Under the pieces are notes generated by a model that was given only the letters and a program-made list of their open reading frames with translations, did not search any database and had not been told where the DNA came from. DNA of 64,000 nt. Source: Oscillospiraceae bacterium. GTDB lineage: Bacteria > Bacillota > Clostridia > Oscillospirales > CAG-272. This document shows positions 34,204 to 45,600 of this stretch, in pieces. A program made the translations under genes and the position numbers. Position 1 is the stretch's first letter, and each line of letters opens with the position of its first letter. The DNA is taken from contig SVTF01000006.1 in the NCBI GenBank assembly GCA_015063905.1, positions 5,120 through 69,119 of the forward strand. Direction: 5' to 3'.

Positions 34204-35274
34204 CTATCTCCTCCTTATCTTAACCGTAAATGTGCTTCCCTCTCCAAGAGTGCTTTGAACACTGATCTCGCCTCCCACAATGTCAACAACTCGCTTGACA
34301 AGCGCCAATCCAAGGCCGTTTCCCTGGGTCGCGCGAGAGCTGTCACCCTGATAAAACTTTTCAAAAATATGTGCTCCGACGTCAGCGGACATTCCACATC
34401 CCGTGTCGGATACACTGACCTTAACATATTCCTCATCCGCAACCAGGGCGAGCGACACCAAGCCGCCTTTTTTAGTAAACTTAAAGGCGTTTGACAAAAG
34501 ATTGTTCCACACAAGGCTCAAAAGCTCGGCATCCGCGCAAATGACGACATCGTCTTGTATAGCGGTTTCTATCTCTATTTCGGACGCTTCCCACACGTGC
34601 TCATACTGCAAAAGACATTCGCACAGCTGTTCTCCAAGATCATAGTCCTCAGCTTTCGGGTATATCTGCTGGTTTTCAAGCCTATTGAGCTTCAAAATAT
34701 TCGTCATCATATCAGATAGCTTTTTTGATGCGTCCGTAATGTATCCCGCGTACTCGACCCGCTTTTCCTCGGAAAGACCGGGAGATTGCAGCAATCTTCC
34801 ATAGTTTTGTATGACACTCAAAGGAGTTTTCATCTCATGCGACACGTTAGAAATAAAATCCGCCCGCAACGTTTCCACGCCCGAAAGCTCCTCAGCCATG
34901 CGATTGAAGCAATCTATGATCTCGTTGTAGCTTTCGTCCATCACCAGCCTTGACATAGGCTTGACTCTGGCATCGAAATCGCCTTCTATCATTTTGTTTG
35001 CCGCCTCGGCAATATGCTTGACCGAGCGCTCTGTAGTCAGTTTCTTCCGTATAGCGTCCACCGCAGTAAAGATCACACTGATAAACACAACGTTTATAAA
35101 TGTAAGCTTTGCGGCAACGGCAATGTTTTCCTTTGTCAGCTCCATTCCCGTCGTATTTGACAGCACCGTAATAAATAGCAGCGCCGCGCACGTAACCACA
35201 AACGAAACTATCAAGAAAAAGACCAAAAACTGACCGAGCGCCTTGAATATTGCCCTAAAAACATCGCTTCTCAT
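34204..35274 (-). CDS. HAMP-domain sensor histidine kinase
   Basis: NVSHEMKTPL H-box, NLLSNAFKF N-box, DTGCGM, FEKFYQ, GNGLGL; two TM helices with almost no extracellular loop. Confidence 0.93.
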   Translation of the reverse strand: MRSDVFRAIFKALGQFLVFFLIVSFVVTCAALLFITVLSNTTGMELTKENIAVAAKLTFINVVFISVIFTAVDAIRKKLTTERSVKHIAEAANKMIEGDFDARVKPMSRLVMDESYNEIIDCFNRMAEELSGVETLRADFISNVSHEMKTPLSVIQNYGRLLQSPGLSEEKRVEYAGYITDASKKLSDMMTNILKLNRLENQQIYPKAEDYDLGEQLCECLLQYEHVWEASEIEIETAIQDDVVICADAELLSLVWNNLLSNAFKFTKKGGLVSLALVADEEYVKVSVSDTGCGMSADVGAHIFEKFYQGDSSRATQGNGLGLALVKRVVDIVGGEISVQSTLGEGSTFTVKIRRR

Positions 35275-35281
35275 AGTCTTA

Positions 35282-35953
35282 TCACTTAATAACCGCTTTA
35301 TATCCGAGTCCGTGCACGGTAACTATCTCAAAATCGTCACATTGCGCAAGCTTGGAACGAAGCTTAGTCATATATACGTCCACCGCTCTCGGTGTCGTTT
35401 CCGTATCAACGTCCCAGAACTCGTCCATCAGCTGACTTCTCGTAAAAGTCTTTTTAGGATAGGAGAGCAACTTGTAAAGAATATTGAATTCTCTTTTTGT
35501 CAAGGATACCTCTTCTCCATCAAGATACGCGGTATATTCATCGGCATCCATGGTAAATTTACCCGCGGAAAGCTGCCTTGACGACGCGATCTTTGCTCTG
35601 CGCAAAAGGGCGCCGATTCGCAAAAACAGCTCATCAAAATCTATAGGCTTGACCATATAATCGTCAACTCCTATACGGAAGCCCCTTTGCTTTGAGGCAA
35701 TGTCGTCCTTCGCGGTCATAAACAGTATCGGTATGCTTTCGTTTATCGCTCTTACGTTTCTGGCAAACTCAAAACCGTCTATTCTCGGCATCATTATGTC
35801 GGAGATTATCAGATCAAAAACATTTTCATACATAGCGTCAAAAGCCGCCTCAGCATCAAGACATCCTATAGCCTCATACCCGCTATTGCAAAGAAACGTA
35901 CACACGCTGCGGTTAAGCGCCGCGTCATCCTCGACCACCAATATTTTGAACAC
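35282..35953 (-). CDS. OmpR-family response regulator
   Basis: ILVVEDD, DIMMP, DDYMVKP, winged helix ...TVHGLGYK; GTG start at 35953. Confidence 0.93.
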   Translation of the reverse strand: MFKILVVEDDAALNRSVCTFLCNSGYEAIGCLDAEAAFDAMYENVFDLIISDIMMPRIDGFEFARNVRAINESIPILFMTAKDDIASKQRGFRIGVDDYMVKPIDFDELFLRIGALLRRAKIASSRQLSAGKFTMDADEYTAYLDGEEVSLTKREFNILYKLLSYPKKTFTRSQLMDEFWDVDTETTPRAVDVYMTKLRSKLAQCDDFEIVTVHGLGYKAVIK

Positions 35954-36082
35954 AGTCTTCTTCCCCTCTCCGTTTTTGTACATTTTAGCACGCAAATGTT
36001 AAGATTTTGTTTATTTTCTTGATAAAAATCAAAAAAGGCGCGGGTCGGCTCAACCGTCGCGCCTATTTAGCTTGACTTTATA

Positions 36083-36523
36083 TCATTTGGAATTCTGATT
36101 TTTTCCGTCCATATATTCGAGTGCTAAAGACAATACCTTTCGGTCGTTTGAGTGAGCGAGGAGCTTACTAGCTTCATCCGCGCGGATCCACTCCACCGCC
36201 ACGACCTCGCTTTCCTGAGGAACGGTGTCGACCTTGTCTGTAGCCGCGACAAAATACACTACGGTCTTTTTTACACTCGGCTTTGGACTGTAATGTACTG
36301 TTTGTCTGAATTTATCTACTATCCTGATGTGGATGCCCGTTTCTTCAAAAACCTCTCTTTGCGCAGTCATAACCTCGCTCTCTCCGGGCTCAACGTGTCC
36401 CTTAGGAAAGGAGTGGCGGCTGCGCTCCGTGTGCTTTATCATCAAAACGTACCGCTGAAGCTTTCCTTCAGCGTCAGTCTCATCTCTGAAAACCACGGCT
36501 CCGCACGATTTCTCATAAGTCAT
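36083..36523 (-). CDS. NUDIX hydrolase (Ap4A hydrolase-like)
   Basis: EKSCGAVV and Nudix box PKGHVEPGESEVMTAQREVFEETG. Confidence 0.88.
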   Translation of the reverse strand: MTYEKSCGAVVFRDETDAEGKLQRYVLMIKHTERSRHSFPKGHVEPGESEVMTAQREVFEETGIHIRIVDKFRQTVHYSPKPSVKKTVVYFVAATDKVDTVPQESEVVAVEWIRADEASKLLAHSNDRKVLSLALEYMDGKNQNSK

Positions 36524-36618
36524 TTTATCATCTCCAAACATGCGGCTCAAGCCTACTTTCGCCGCACAACGCAACGCGGGACGCCGCATAAGGCGCCCGC
36601 CTTGCAATATTTTTTTGC

Positions 36619-39495
36619 TTATCTCTCGATCTCTTCCATAACAAAGGCTTCGAGAATATCGCCTTCCTTGATATCGTTGAACTTTTCAAGTCCCACACCG
36701 CATTCGTAGCCTTGAGCTACCTCCTTGGCGTCATCCTTGAATCTCTTGAGCGAGGATATCTTATCCTCAAATATAACGATACCGTCACGAACCACACGTA
36801 TCTGAGCATGTCTTGCGATCTTACCGTCAAGAATATACGATCCCGCAATAGTGCCCACGCCGGGAACGTGAATGGTTTGACGAACCTCCGCGTGTCCAAG
36901 CAGGTTTTCACGGAACTTGGGAGCAAGCATACCCTTCATAGCAGCCTCGATCTCCTCTATGCACTGATATATAACTCTATACGTGCGAACGTCAACCCCC
37001 TGTCTTTCCGCGGAATCGATAGCAACCTTATCGGGACGAACGTTAAATCCGACGATTATAGCATTGGAAGCAGCGGCAAACGTAACGTCTCCCTCTGTAA
37101 TGCCTCCAACGGCACTGTGTATAACGTTAACTCTTACTTCTTCATTTGTCAGCTTGACCAAAGATGCCTTTACCGCCTCGGCGGAGCCGACAACGTCAGC
37201 CTTGACGATAATATTGAGATCCTTAACGCCCTCGCTGATCTGCGCAAACAGATCGTTAAGATTAGCTCTGGCATTTGCCTTGAAATATTCCTCTTTTGCC
37301 TTTGACTTTCTTTGGTCGGCAAGTGTTCTTGCCATTCTCTCGTCCTCTACCGCCGCGAATTCATCGCCCGACGTAGGAACTTCGGCAAGACCGATTATCT
37401 CAACAGGCACGGAGGGTCCCGCAACCTTTTGCTGTTTTCCCGTATGGTCTGTCATAGCTCTCACACGACCAACCGCAGTACCCGCGATGACGATATCTCC
37501 GTTATGCAACGTACCGTTCTGCACAAGCACAGTAGCAACAGGACCGCGACCCTTATCAAGCTTTGCCTCGATAACGATACCCTTAGCGCGACGGTTGGGA
37601 TTAGCTTTAAGCTCCTTGACCTCAGCAACAAGCAATACGTTCTCCAAAAGATCGTCGATACCCATATGAGTAAGCGCTGATACGGGAACACAGATAACGT
37701 CTCCGCCCCATTCCTCGGGAACAAGATCGTATTTTGTAAGCTCCTGCTTGATGGCGTCGGGGTTAGCCGTAGGCTTATCCATCTTGTTGATCGCAACTAT
37801 TATTTCTATTCCCGCAGCCTTGGCGTGATTTATTGCCTCAACGGTCTGGGGCATGATTCCATCATCCGCCGCAACAACGAGGATCGCGATATCGGTAGCC
37901 TGCGCACCTCTTGCGCGCATTGCCGTGAACGCCTCATGTCCGGGGGTGTCGAGGAAGGTTATATCCTGACCGTTTATCTTTACTCTGTAAGCACCGATAT
38001 GCTGGGTGATACCGCCCGCCTCGCCTGTGGTGACGTGTGTGTTTCTGATAGCGTCCAGCAAGGATGTCTTACCGTGGTCAACGTGTCCCATAACGCAAAC
38101 TACGGGCGCACGGGTAACAAGCTGATCCTCTGTATCCTCGGTTTCGTCAAACAGCTTTTCTTCGATAGTAACTACGACTGCCTTTTCGGGTTCCGCGCCA
38201 AGCTCTACCGCAACAAGCGCGGCTGTATCAAAATCTACTGTTTGGTTTGCGGTTGCCATCACGCCCATAAGCATGAGCTTTTTGATGACTTCTGCCACCG
38301 TTACCTTAAGCATAGCCGCAAGCTCGCTGATGACAATCTCCTCGGGTATCTGCACCTTTATTGGTCCCTTTACTATCGTAACGGGAGCCTTTTGCTCGGG
38401 TTTTCCACCCTTCTTACCGTTCTTGCCCTTAGAGAAGGTGTTTTCCTGCCTTGTCTGGTTCTGCTGCTTTTTGAGCTTCTGGTTGTTGCCCGAGCGAAGA
38501 TCTCTCTCGTTCTCCGCAACAAAATTATCCAGCTTTTCATCATATTTTGAAAGGTCTACGCTGGACGAACGTATATCTACCGTCTTTGCCGCGCCCTTCT
38601 TGTTTGTTCCGTCACCGCCCTTGGGTGTCTGCGCTCTTGTAATTATCTGGGGCTGAAATTTTTCTCTGGGAGCGGAAGGAATATAGTCCTCCTTATCCAT
38701 TCCCATGCCGCCTCTCTGCTGATTGAACTGAGGCTTCTGTCCCTGCTTTCTGTCATCGCGCTTCTGCGGGATGGACTGCCTTGAAAAATCAGGCGCTCCC
38801 ATGCGGGAGAATCTATCCGATGCCACGCCCTGCGATCTCTGATCGTTGGGTCTGAACGAAGAATCGTTACGGGGCGTGAACGCTGCGCCGTCCGTTCTCT
38901 TGTTCGCTGTAGCAAAGGCATCGTTTCTCGGTCTTGACGAATCCTGCGCACCTCTTTGTCTTGCTTTTTCCTGCGCAGCTCGCTCGATTGCCGCCGCGCG
39001 CGCCAAAGCTTCGGCTCTGTCTACCTTGGGCTGAACCTTGACTGCGGGCGCCACAGGCTTTTTCGCTTCTGCTTTCGGAACCTCCGCGGTCTGTGCGTCG
39101 GTAGCCTTGGGAGCTTCTGTCTTGGCAGCGACAGTCTCCTTCTTGTCCTCCTTGAGCGCAACGACATCGGCAGCCTTGGATTTTTGCGCTACCTTATCTT
39201 CTTCATTATTTTCAACAGACTTCTTTTGCTCTGCATCCTCGACCTTTTCAGCTGCTTCGGGCTTCTTTTCAAGCTTGGACGGGATATACGTTATTCCATC
39301 AATGTAATCGTAGATCTCCTCCACCTGATATTCCGCCGTTATTGCGTCGAAAAGAACGTTGAACTCGTGAGGCTCCAATGCTTTTTGCGCCTTAAGCTCA
39401 ATTCCCTTCTTTGCCATAACATCAATTATTTCTTTGCTCTTGATATTAAGGTCCTTTGCCAGCTGATTAGCTTTGATCTGAGGTTTTACTGCCAT
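36619..39495 (-). CDS. infB: Translation initiation factor IF-2
   Basis: [45 protein letters not shown]. Confidence 0.98.
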   Translation of the reverse strand: MAVKPQIKANQLAKDLNIKSKEIIDVMAKKGIELKAQKALEPHEFNVLFDAITAEYQVEEIYDYIDGITYIPSKLEKKPEAAEKVEDAEQKKSVENNEEDKVAQKSKAADVVALKEDKKETVAAKTEAPKATDAQTAEVPKAEAKKPVAPAVKVQPKVDRAEALARAAAIERAAQEKARQRGAQDSSRPRNDAFATANKRTDGAAFTPRNDSSFRPNDQRSQGVASDRFSRMGAPDFSRQSIPQKRDDRKQGQKPQFNQQRGGMGMDKEDYIPSAPREKFQPQIITRAQTPKGGDGTNKKGAAKTVDIRSSSVDLSKYDEKLDNFVAENERDLRSGNNQKLKKQQNQTRQENTFSKGKNGKKGGKPEQKAPVTIVKGPIKVQIPEEIVISELAAMLKVTVAEVIKKLMLMGVMATANQTVDFDTAALVAVELGAEPEKAVVVTIEEKLFDETEDTEDQLVTRAPVVCVMGHVDHGKTSLLDAIRNTHVTTGEAGGITQHIGAYRVKINGQDITFLDTPGHEAFTAMRARGAQATDIAILVVAADDGIMPQTVEAINHAKAAGIEIIVAINKMDKPTANPDAIKQELTKYDLVPEEWGGDVICVPVSALTHMGIDDLLENVLLVAEVKELKANPNRRAKGIVIEAKLDKGRGPVATVLVQNGTLHNGDIVIAGTAVGRVRAMTDHTGKQQKVAGPSVPVEIIGLAEVPTSGDEFAAVEDERMARTLADQRKSKAKEEYFKANARANLNDLFAQISEGVKDLNIIVKADVVGSAEAVKASLVKLTNEEVRVNVIHSAVGGITEGDVTFAAASNAIIVGFNVRPDKVAIDSAERQGVDVRTYRVIYQCIEEIEAAMKGMLAPKFRENLLGHAEVRQTIHVPGVGTIAGSYILDGKIARHAQIRVVRDGIVIFEDKISSLKRFKDDAKEVAQGYECGVGLEKFNDIKEGDILEAFVMEEIER

Positions 39496-39555
39496 AAATT
39501 ATACCCATACCTTTCCGGTTTTTAACGATGTTGATTGCCTTGATTTACACTCAAA

Positions 39556-39894
39556 TCAAGAAAGCTTCATAAGCAGCGCGCGGCAAAAGCTTGCATCATT
39601 TATTGCTACCGCCGCAACCGCTCCGCTCTTTCCAACCGCCCGCGCAAGCGCCTCACAGTCGGAACTTATTCTTACGTGCTTTACGTTGTAATATGCACAC
39701 CTGTCGGTTATTCTCTTGTGTGTGTTTTGGGACGTATCCGATGCCTCGATGACGATAACGTTCACCTCGCCGCGAAAATCTCCCCGCTCCGACTTCTTTT
39801 TGAGCGCGTCGCATATCATAGGAACTCCTATAACTATCTTTCCCGCGGCGCGACACAGCCCAACGATGCCGAGAATGTTCTTTTCGTCAGTCAT
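39556..39894 (-). CDS. ylxQ: L7Ae-family RNA-binding protein (YlxQ-like)
   Basis: LGIVGLCRAAGKIVIG...ASDTSQNT...LARAVGK; conserved position between ylxR and infB. Confidence 0.8.
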   Translation of the reverse strand: MTDEKNILGIVGLCRAAGKIVIGVPMICDALKKKSERGDFRGEVNVIVIEASDTSQNTHKRITDRCAYYNVKHVRISSDCEALARAVGKSGAVAAVAINDASFCRALLMKLS

Positions 39895-40186
39895 TTTCGC
39901 CGTCTCCAAGCCCGTCTATACGAGCCTCCATAGCATCGTATATTTCTTCCGGGATACTGCATCCCAGCACGCTCTCTATGCGCTTTGATTTACGCGCCCT
40001 TGAAAAGCACGATCTCTCGGGACATATATATGCACCGCGTCCCGACGTTTTTCCAACGGTGTCGAGAACTATCGCTCCGTCAGGGCATCTTACCACGCGT
40101 ATCAATTCCTTTTTCGGTCTATGCGCGTTACAACCAAGGCACTGACGCTCGGGAATCTTTCTTACCTTTTGCGCACTATTCTTCAT
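39887..40186 (-). CDS. ylxR: YlxR/RnpM family RNA-binding protein (RNase P modulator)
   Basis: PERQCLGC, KKELIRVV, GRGAYIC; GAGGTG RBS before ATG 40186. Confidence 0.9.
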   Translation of the reverse strand: MKNSAQKVRKIPERQCLGCNAHRPKKELIRVVRCPDGAIVLDTVGKTSGRGAYICPERSCFSRARKSKRIESVLGCSIPEEIYDAMEARIDGLGDGEND

Positions 40187-40220
40187 ATATGCCACCTCGA
40201 GCTATAATACCTTTTAACTA

Positions 40221-41276
40221 TTATTCCTCAAAGCGCGAGGCCTTTTGCAAGCCCTCCGCGTTTATGTCTATCTTTATACCTGTAAGCTTTGCGGCAAGAC
40301 GCACGTTCTGTCCCTTAGCTCCGATAGCCAAGGAAAGCTGCTCGGGAGCTACGGTAACTCGGCAGAATCTGTCGCCGTCCATCTCAACACCAAGCACGGT
40401 AGCGGGAGAAAGAGCCGCGGTAACGTACTCTTCCGGAACCTCGCTATATCTTACGATATCTATCTTCTCCCCGCAAAGCTCCTCAAGTATTCCGTCGATT
40501 CTCATTCCGTGCGTACCGATGCAAGCGCCAACCGCGTCCACGCTCTCGTCTCTGGAGAATACCGCGATCTTGGTTCTGGAGCCCGCCTCTCGAGATACAC
40601 CCTTGATAACCACGATACCGTCCGTTATTTCGGGAATCTCCATTTCAAACATACGGCGAACGAATCCGGGGTGAACTCTGGAAAGCGTTACTATCGGTCC
40701 GCGCATATCCTTGTTGACCTCCTGAATGAATACTCTGACAACGTCGCCAACCTCGAAATACTCTCCGGGGATCTGCTCGGATTTAGGAAGCACAGCCTTG
40801 CCAGTTCCCGTGTCAAGAAGAACGTTACCCGTTTCATAATCCACCTTAAGCACGGTGGCGGTGATTATCTCCTCTCGCTTGGACTCATACGCTTCCTGCA
40901 TAGCCTTATGCTCGCCCTCGCGTATGCCCTGGATGATTACAGACTTTGCGGCTCCCGCGGAAAGACGGCGGAAGTTCTTGGTCTTTACCTCAAACTCAAC
41001 TATCTTACCAAGCGTATTTCTCTTGCTTATAGCCTTTGCGTCCTCAAGAGAGATCTGAACGGAGGGGTCCTCAACCACCTCAACAACTTCCTTCTGCTGA
41101 TATACTCTTACGTCCTTTTTCGCAGGGTCGATATGCACTCTTACATTGGTGTTGCTTCCGTATTCCTTTTTAAAAGCGGAGATGAGCGCCGCCTCGATCT
41201 TTTCGATCATATAGCTCTGGGGAATACCTTTTTCTCTTTCAAGGAGCTCAAGTGCTGTAAAAAACTCTGTGTTCAT
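40221..41276 (-). CDS. nusA: Transcription termination/antitermination factor NusA
   Basis: REAGSRTKIAV, GACIG, LSLAIGAKGQNVRLAAKLTG. Confidence 0.97.
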   Translation of the reverse strand: MNTEFFTALELLEREKGIPQSYMIEKIEAALISAFKKEYGSNTNVRVHIDPAKKDVRVYQQKEVVEVVEDPSVQISLEDAKAISKRNTLGKIVEFEVKTKNFRRLSAGAAKSVIIQGIREGEHKAMQEAYESKREEIITATVLKVDYETGNVLLDTGTGKAVLPKSEQIPGEYFEVGDVVRVFIQEVNKDMRGPIVTLSRVHPGFVRRMFEMEIPEITDGIVVIKGVSREAGSRTKIAVFSRDESVDAVGACIGTHGMRIDGILEELCGEKIDIVRYSEVPEEYVTAALSPATVLGVEMDGDRFCRVTVAPEQLSLAIGAKGQNVRLAAKLTGIKIDINAEGLQKASRFEE

Positions 41277-41316
41277 TTGATTTAAAATCCTTTCGAATGT
41301 ATGTTTGTGTTATTAT

Positions 41317-41799
41317 TTACGAATTTCCAAAGTCAAAATACGTTGCGATCTTTGCAATCTCGTCCGGCTTGAACGTTTCATTGTTACCGTTTACCGAAAC
41401 CACAATATTTCCGTCTTCATCGTATCCGCAAAGCTCCCCGCGGAAAGCCTTGCTTCCGTTTCTCGGCGCATAAAGCTTGACCTCAACGTCCCATCCCTCA
41501 CACGCATCGATATGCTCGGGATACTTCAGCTCTCTCTCTATTCCGGGAGAGGACACCTCCAAAATATACGACTCGTTTATCGGATCGGCCTCGTCAAGTA
41601 TAGGGTCGATGGCACGGTGAAACTTCTCACAGTCTTCAATGCTTATGCCGTCTTCATTATCAAGTGTTATGCGCAGATATTTATCGGCGCCTTCCTTGCA
41701 AAATTCAACGTCCCAGATAAAATATCCCATTTCGTCCGCAACGGGAGCTATCAGCCGTCTTACCGCGGACGCTACGTTTTTGTTGGTGTTATTTTTCAT
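41317..41799 (-). CDS. rimP: Ribosome maturation factor RimP
   Basis: GISIEDCE, YILEVSSPGIEREL; upstream of nusA. Confidence 0.95.
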   Translation of the reverse strand: MKNNTNKNVASAVRRLIAPVADEMGYFIWDVEFCKEGADKYLRITLDNEDGISIEDCEKFHRAIDPILDEADPINESYILEVSSPGIERELKYPEHIDACEGWDVEVKLYAPRNGSKAFRGELCGYDEDGNIVVSVNGNNETFKPDEIAKIATYFDFGNS

Positions 41800-41916
41800 T
41801 TTTGGTTTCCTTTACGATCGTTTTAAAAGCCGCGCCCTGATCTGTTCACGAACAAACAGGCAATCATAGCCATCTGACCTCGCATACCTTTTGCGCAACT
41901 TGCCTAAACAAAATTT

Positions 41917-41940
41917 AAGAGTGGATTTTGACACCCACTC
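41917..41940 (-). promoter_or_regulatory. rimP-leader-like hairpin
   Basis: GAGTGGG-TGTCAAAAT-CCACTCTT on the minus strand, between the promoter and rimP; resembles the short rimP-leader attenuator hairpin. Confidence 0.55.
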
Positions 41941-41966
41941 AAGCTTACACTATCGATTCTAGTGGC

Positions 41967-41995
41967 ATTATAGCACATTTTTTCGCAGATTGCAA
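41967..41995 (-). promoter_or_regulatory. Sigma-A promoter of the rimP operon
   Basis: TTGCAA-N17-TATAAT with extended TG. Confidence 0.7.
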
Positions 41996-42193
41996 TAGTT
42001 TTTTGAATTTTTTCAAAAAAAGCGGACTTTTTAATGTGTTTCTATATTAGATGTAGCAAAAAACAAAATATTTTTTAAAAACATTGCGAATTCTGTTTAC
42101 AAAACCGCTTTGATGTGGTATAATGATATAATGATTTATCATGGAAAGTTTTGCCTTTAGGAAAAGCTAATTTTACCGCAAGGAGAGGTCGTT

Positions 42194-43399
42194 GTGAATT
42201 CTTACGCACACACACAAATGCATACGCGTGTCGCGCGCAGCACGGGAGCAGGAGCATCCTTCCCTATGATCGCCGCCTCGTTCGTTATCCTTATGTGCGT
42301 TATCTATTCGGCGCTACTCCCCTGTACCCTGTCCGCATCAAAGCTTACAGAAGTGCTTGCGTGGATAATTTGCGTTCTTTGCGCCGCCTTTGCGGTGCTC
42401 TTTACCAAAAAGTTTTCCACACTTATCATTACCGTATTTTTGATATCCATGTCGTCCGCGATCTCGGGGCTTGTTATCCCTGTGGCATTTATTATGGGAA
42501 CGGTATTTTCCATTGGTGCTTATGCTTGCTTGGTAGCCGTTGGCAAAAGATCTCATTATGTTTTTCTTGCAGGCTGCCCCATCCTTGCATACGTGTTTTC
42601 ACTGGTTCTGTCAGGCGATATTATTTTTTCCTTCACCTGCATATTGTGGATGTCTCCCGCTCTCGCCCTGGGCCTTGCCACCCGCGACCGCAAGGGAAGG
42701 ACAAAGGCAATATTTGAGTTCTGCGTATGGTTTGTTTTGTGCGCGCTTCTGACCGCCGCAACGTATACGTACGCAGCGCACGGATCTTTTGCTCCTTCTG
42801 CATTTGTTTCTACCGCGCGCGAAATGCGGCAAGCATTTATCGACTTTTTTGCAGGGCAAATAGCATTGGCGGGAAAGATTGAGCTTTCAAAGGCAATAAT
42901 GCACGAGTTATCCTCGCTCGCGGACCTCTACATAAACATCATATCGGGAATCTTCGTCGCGGCATTCTGCATCCTTGGTTTTTTGGCTTGCAAAATAATG
43001 ACCGCAATTTTAGAACGGTATGAATTCAATGCGACAGCAACACCTTGTAAATCTAAGATAAGCGTCAGCGTTACCGCCTCAATTATATTTATTGCGGCGT
43101 ACGTTCTGTCCTCCGCCAGCAGCTCCTCGGGCAGTGTGTCCATGATCGCCACCGTTGCGCAAAACTTATGTATCATGTTTGTTCCCGCGCTTACGGTGAT
43201 AGGAGTCTATGCCATTGCCGCAGTTGTCAAGCGATTTGGCTTCTGGGGATTTGCGCTTTGCGCGGCAATACCGCTGATCTCATCATTGATAGATATCCCC
43301 GTTATTTATCTTTTGGCGCTTTCAGGCGCCGCATATACGCTCATCGTCCGCACTGATGATTGGGCAAAACAACATTACAGCAAAGGAGACGGCATATGA
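42194..43399 (+). CDS. Multi-pass membrane protein, YybS/DUF2232-like
   Basis: Very hydrophobic; conserved position upstream of gdpP with a 4-nt overlap. Confidence 0.6.
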   Translation: MNSYAHTQMHTRVARSTGAGASFPMIAASFVILMCVIYSALLPCTLSASKLTEVLAWIICVLCAAFAVLFTKKFSTLIITVFLISMSSAISGLVIPVAFIMGTVFSIGAYACLVAVGKRSHYVFLAGCPILAYVFSLVLSGDIIFSFTCILWMSPALALGLATRDRKGRTKAIFEFCVWFVLCALLTAATYTYAAHGSFAPSAFVSTAREMRQAFIDFFAGQIALAGKIELSKAIMHELSSLADLYINIISGIFVAAFCILGFLACKIMTAILERYEFNATATPCKSKISVSVTASIIFIAAYVLSSASSSSGSVSMIATVAQNLCIMFVPALTVIGVYAIAAVVKRFGFWGFALCAAIPLISSLIDIPVIYLLALSGAAYTLIVRTDDWAKQHYSKGDGI

Positions 43400-45561
43400 G
43401 CAAAAAGAATAAAAACACTCAATACCGCAATTCCAATCAAGCCAAACGCTCCGACAGATTTTCGGTTGAGCTTGGCGCTCCTCTGATATTCTGTACGGCA
43501 GAAGCCATCGTCTTGGCGGCTCTGTGCTTGGTTATCAACTTTTTTCTCAAAACAGAGGATAACGCAAAGATCATTTCCCTGATCTCGGTTTTATCCCTTC
43601 CCTTTTACATCTGCTCTGCGGGAGTGCTCTGCCTTATATACACTGCTCGCTCGCTTAAGGTAAAAAGAGCAAAATATGACGCAAAGCTGCTTGAAACAGA
43701 AATTTACGATATTTTCAGATACATAATCGATCTGCCGTACGCAGTTATCGATTCATCGGGAAAGGTTAAGATAATAAACGGCGCTATGCAGGATATTCTG
43801 GGATTCAAGCGCGCTGTAAGCGGGATCGAGCTCTCGGAGATATGCTCCGTTCCCGTTAAGACCGTTATGGCTAACGCAAAGAACCGCGATGCCTACGTTT
43901 CAGACGTGGTTTACGATCTGCCCGAGGACGCAGACCGTCATGAGAGTGCCGTTGCCGCGCTTGCGGACGGAAGAAGATACGAGGCGGTATCATATTTATT
44001 CAAGGTCCAAGGCGAAAACTACTATTTCATCGTATTCCGCGACGTAGAAAGCTACTTGTCTCTCGCCGAAAAGCACGAGGCGGAAAGTCCCGTTGTCGCA
44101 TACATACAGCTCGACAATCTTCAGGAGCTTACTCAATATGTCCGCGCAGATCACCGTTCCGCGTCTGCCGAGGCTGAAAACATTCTGAGAGATTGGGTAA
44201 ACGGCATGAACGGCTTTATCCGCGAATACACCCGAGATAAATACGTAGCCGTATTCTCAAAGCGCAACCTTATAGAGCAGATGCGCAACGAATTTGAGAT
44301 ACAAAAGAGGATCATGGCGCTGAAAATCGGCGACAACTCCTTCCCTATCACGGTATCAATGGGAATTTCCGCGGTTGGAGATTCGCTTGAGAAAAAAGAA
44401 AAGTCGGCGCATCATGCGCTCAATATGGCTATACAGCGCGGAGGAAACCAGGTTGCTATAAGACGAGAGGACGAAACGGGATACGTATTCTTTGGCGGAA
44501 CTCACAAAACAATAGAGAATAACACGACCATCGTCTCCAGAGTAACGGGAGAGCTGCTTGAAACCAAGATAGCAAAGGCATCCAACGTCTTAATAATGGG
44601 TCACTCAAACCCCGACTTTGATTCGGTTGGTTCTTGCGTCGGTATCGCGCGCTTTGCCCTTTCCGTTATTGAAAGCAGATCGCGCTCATGCACCGTTAAC
44701 ATTATTACGGACAAAGGCTCCGACAGCTTCCGCACGTGCTATGATCAGCTCGCTTCCATGAACGTATACGGCGACGTATTTATCAATCGCGAGGTGGCAA
44801 AGGATCTTGTAACACCCGAGACCCTGCTCATAATTTGTGACGTTAATAACCCCAGAATATACGAGGCCCCCGAGCTTGTGGATATGATAACGGATATAGC
44901 TCTCATAGACCATCACCGTCTATCCGAAACGCTTCCGTACGATCCCTTCTTGCAGTACGTGGAGACCACCAAATCCTCCGCCTCGGAGATAGTAGCGGAA
45001 ATACTTTATTATAGTAAGTTCGGCGACAAGCTCCACAAAGAAGAGGCAGAGGTATTGCTCTCGGGAATAATGCTCGACACACAGAACTTCACGAGAAACG
45101 CGGGCGCGCAAACCTTTGAAATGACAAGATATCTGTACTCGCGCGGCGCGCACACCGGGGTGGTTCGCGAATTCTTTAATGAAAGCCTTGATGAGCTTCT
45201 TCTCACCGGAGAATTTGAATCAAAGGCGCGCATATACCGCAACGACGTGGCGATAACCTGGATGACACTCGACAGACCCGCAAAGAGCGATGACAGAGTA
45301 ATTGCAGCCAAGGTGGCAGACAATCTTCTCAAGGTAAAGGGCGTGAAAGCATCCTTTGCGCTGGTCAAGATAGATAATGACGTAGTTATCTCGGGACGCT
45401 CCAAGGGCGCCGTTAACGTTCAGCTCATTCTTGAGCGACTTAAGGGCGGCGGTCACTTTGATATTGCGGGCGCACAGGTTAAAAACTCAAGCTTAACAAA
45501 AGCTTGTGAAATGCTCAAGGACGCGATCGACGACTATTTTGAGTACGATCATCACAATTGA
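43396..45561 (+). CDS. gdpP: c-di-AMP phosphodiesterase GdpP (2 TM, PAS, degenerate GGDEF, DHH/DHHA1)
   Basis: IQLDN, RGGNQV, IMGHSNPDFDS, IDHHR, GIMLDT, GGGHF; synteny with rplI-dnaB. Confidence 0.9.
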   Translation: MSKKNKNTQYRNSNQAKRSDRFSVELGAPLIFCTAEAIVLAALCLVINFFLKTEDNAKIISLISVLSLPFYICSAGVLCLIYTARSLKVKRAKYDAKLLETEIYDIFRYIIDLPYAVIDSSGKVKIINGAMQDILGFKRAVSGIELSEICSVPVKTVMANAKNRDAYVSDVVYDLPEDADRHESAVAALADGRRYEAVSYLFKVQGENYYFIVFRDVESYLSLAEKHEAESPVVAYIQLDNLQELTQYVRADHRSASAEAENILRDWVNGMNGFIREYTRDKYVAVFSKRNLIEQMRNEFEIQKRIMALKIGDNSFPITVSMGISAVGDSLEKKEKSAHHALNMAIQRGGNQVAIRREDETGYVFFGGTHKTIENNTTIVSRVTGELLETKIAKASNVLIMGHSNPDFDSVGSCVGIARFALSVIESRSRSCTVNIITDKGSDSFRTCYDQLASMNVYGDVFINREVAKDLVTPETLLIICDVNNPRIYEAPELVDMITDIALIDHHRLSETLPYDPFLQYVETTKSSASEIVAEILYYSKFGDKLHKEEAEVLLSGIMLDTQNFTRNAGAQTFEMTRYLYSRGAHTGVVREFFNESLDELLLTGEFESKARIYRNDVAITWMTLDRPAKSDDRVIAAKVADNLLKVKGVKASFALVKIDNDVVISGRSKGAVNVQLILERLKGGGHFDIAGAQVKNSSLTKACEMLKDAIDDYFEYDHHN

Positions 45562-45600
45562 TTTAAAACACAGTTATAGCATAGTATTGGAGATAGAACA

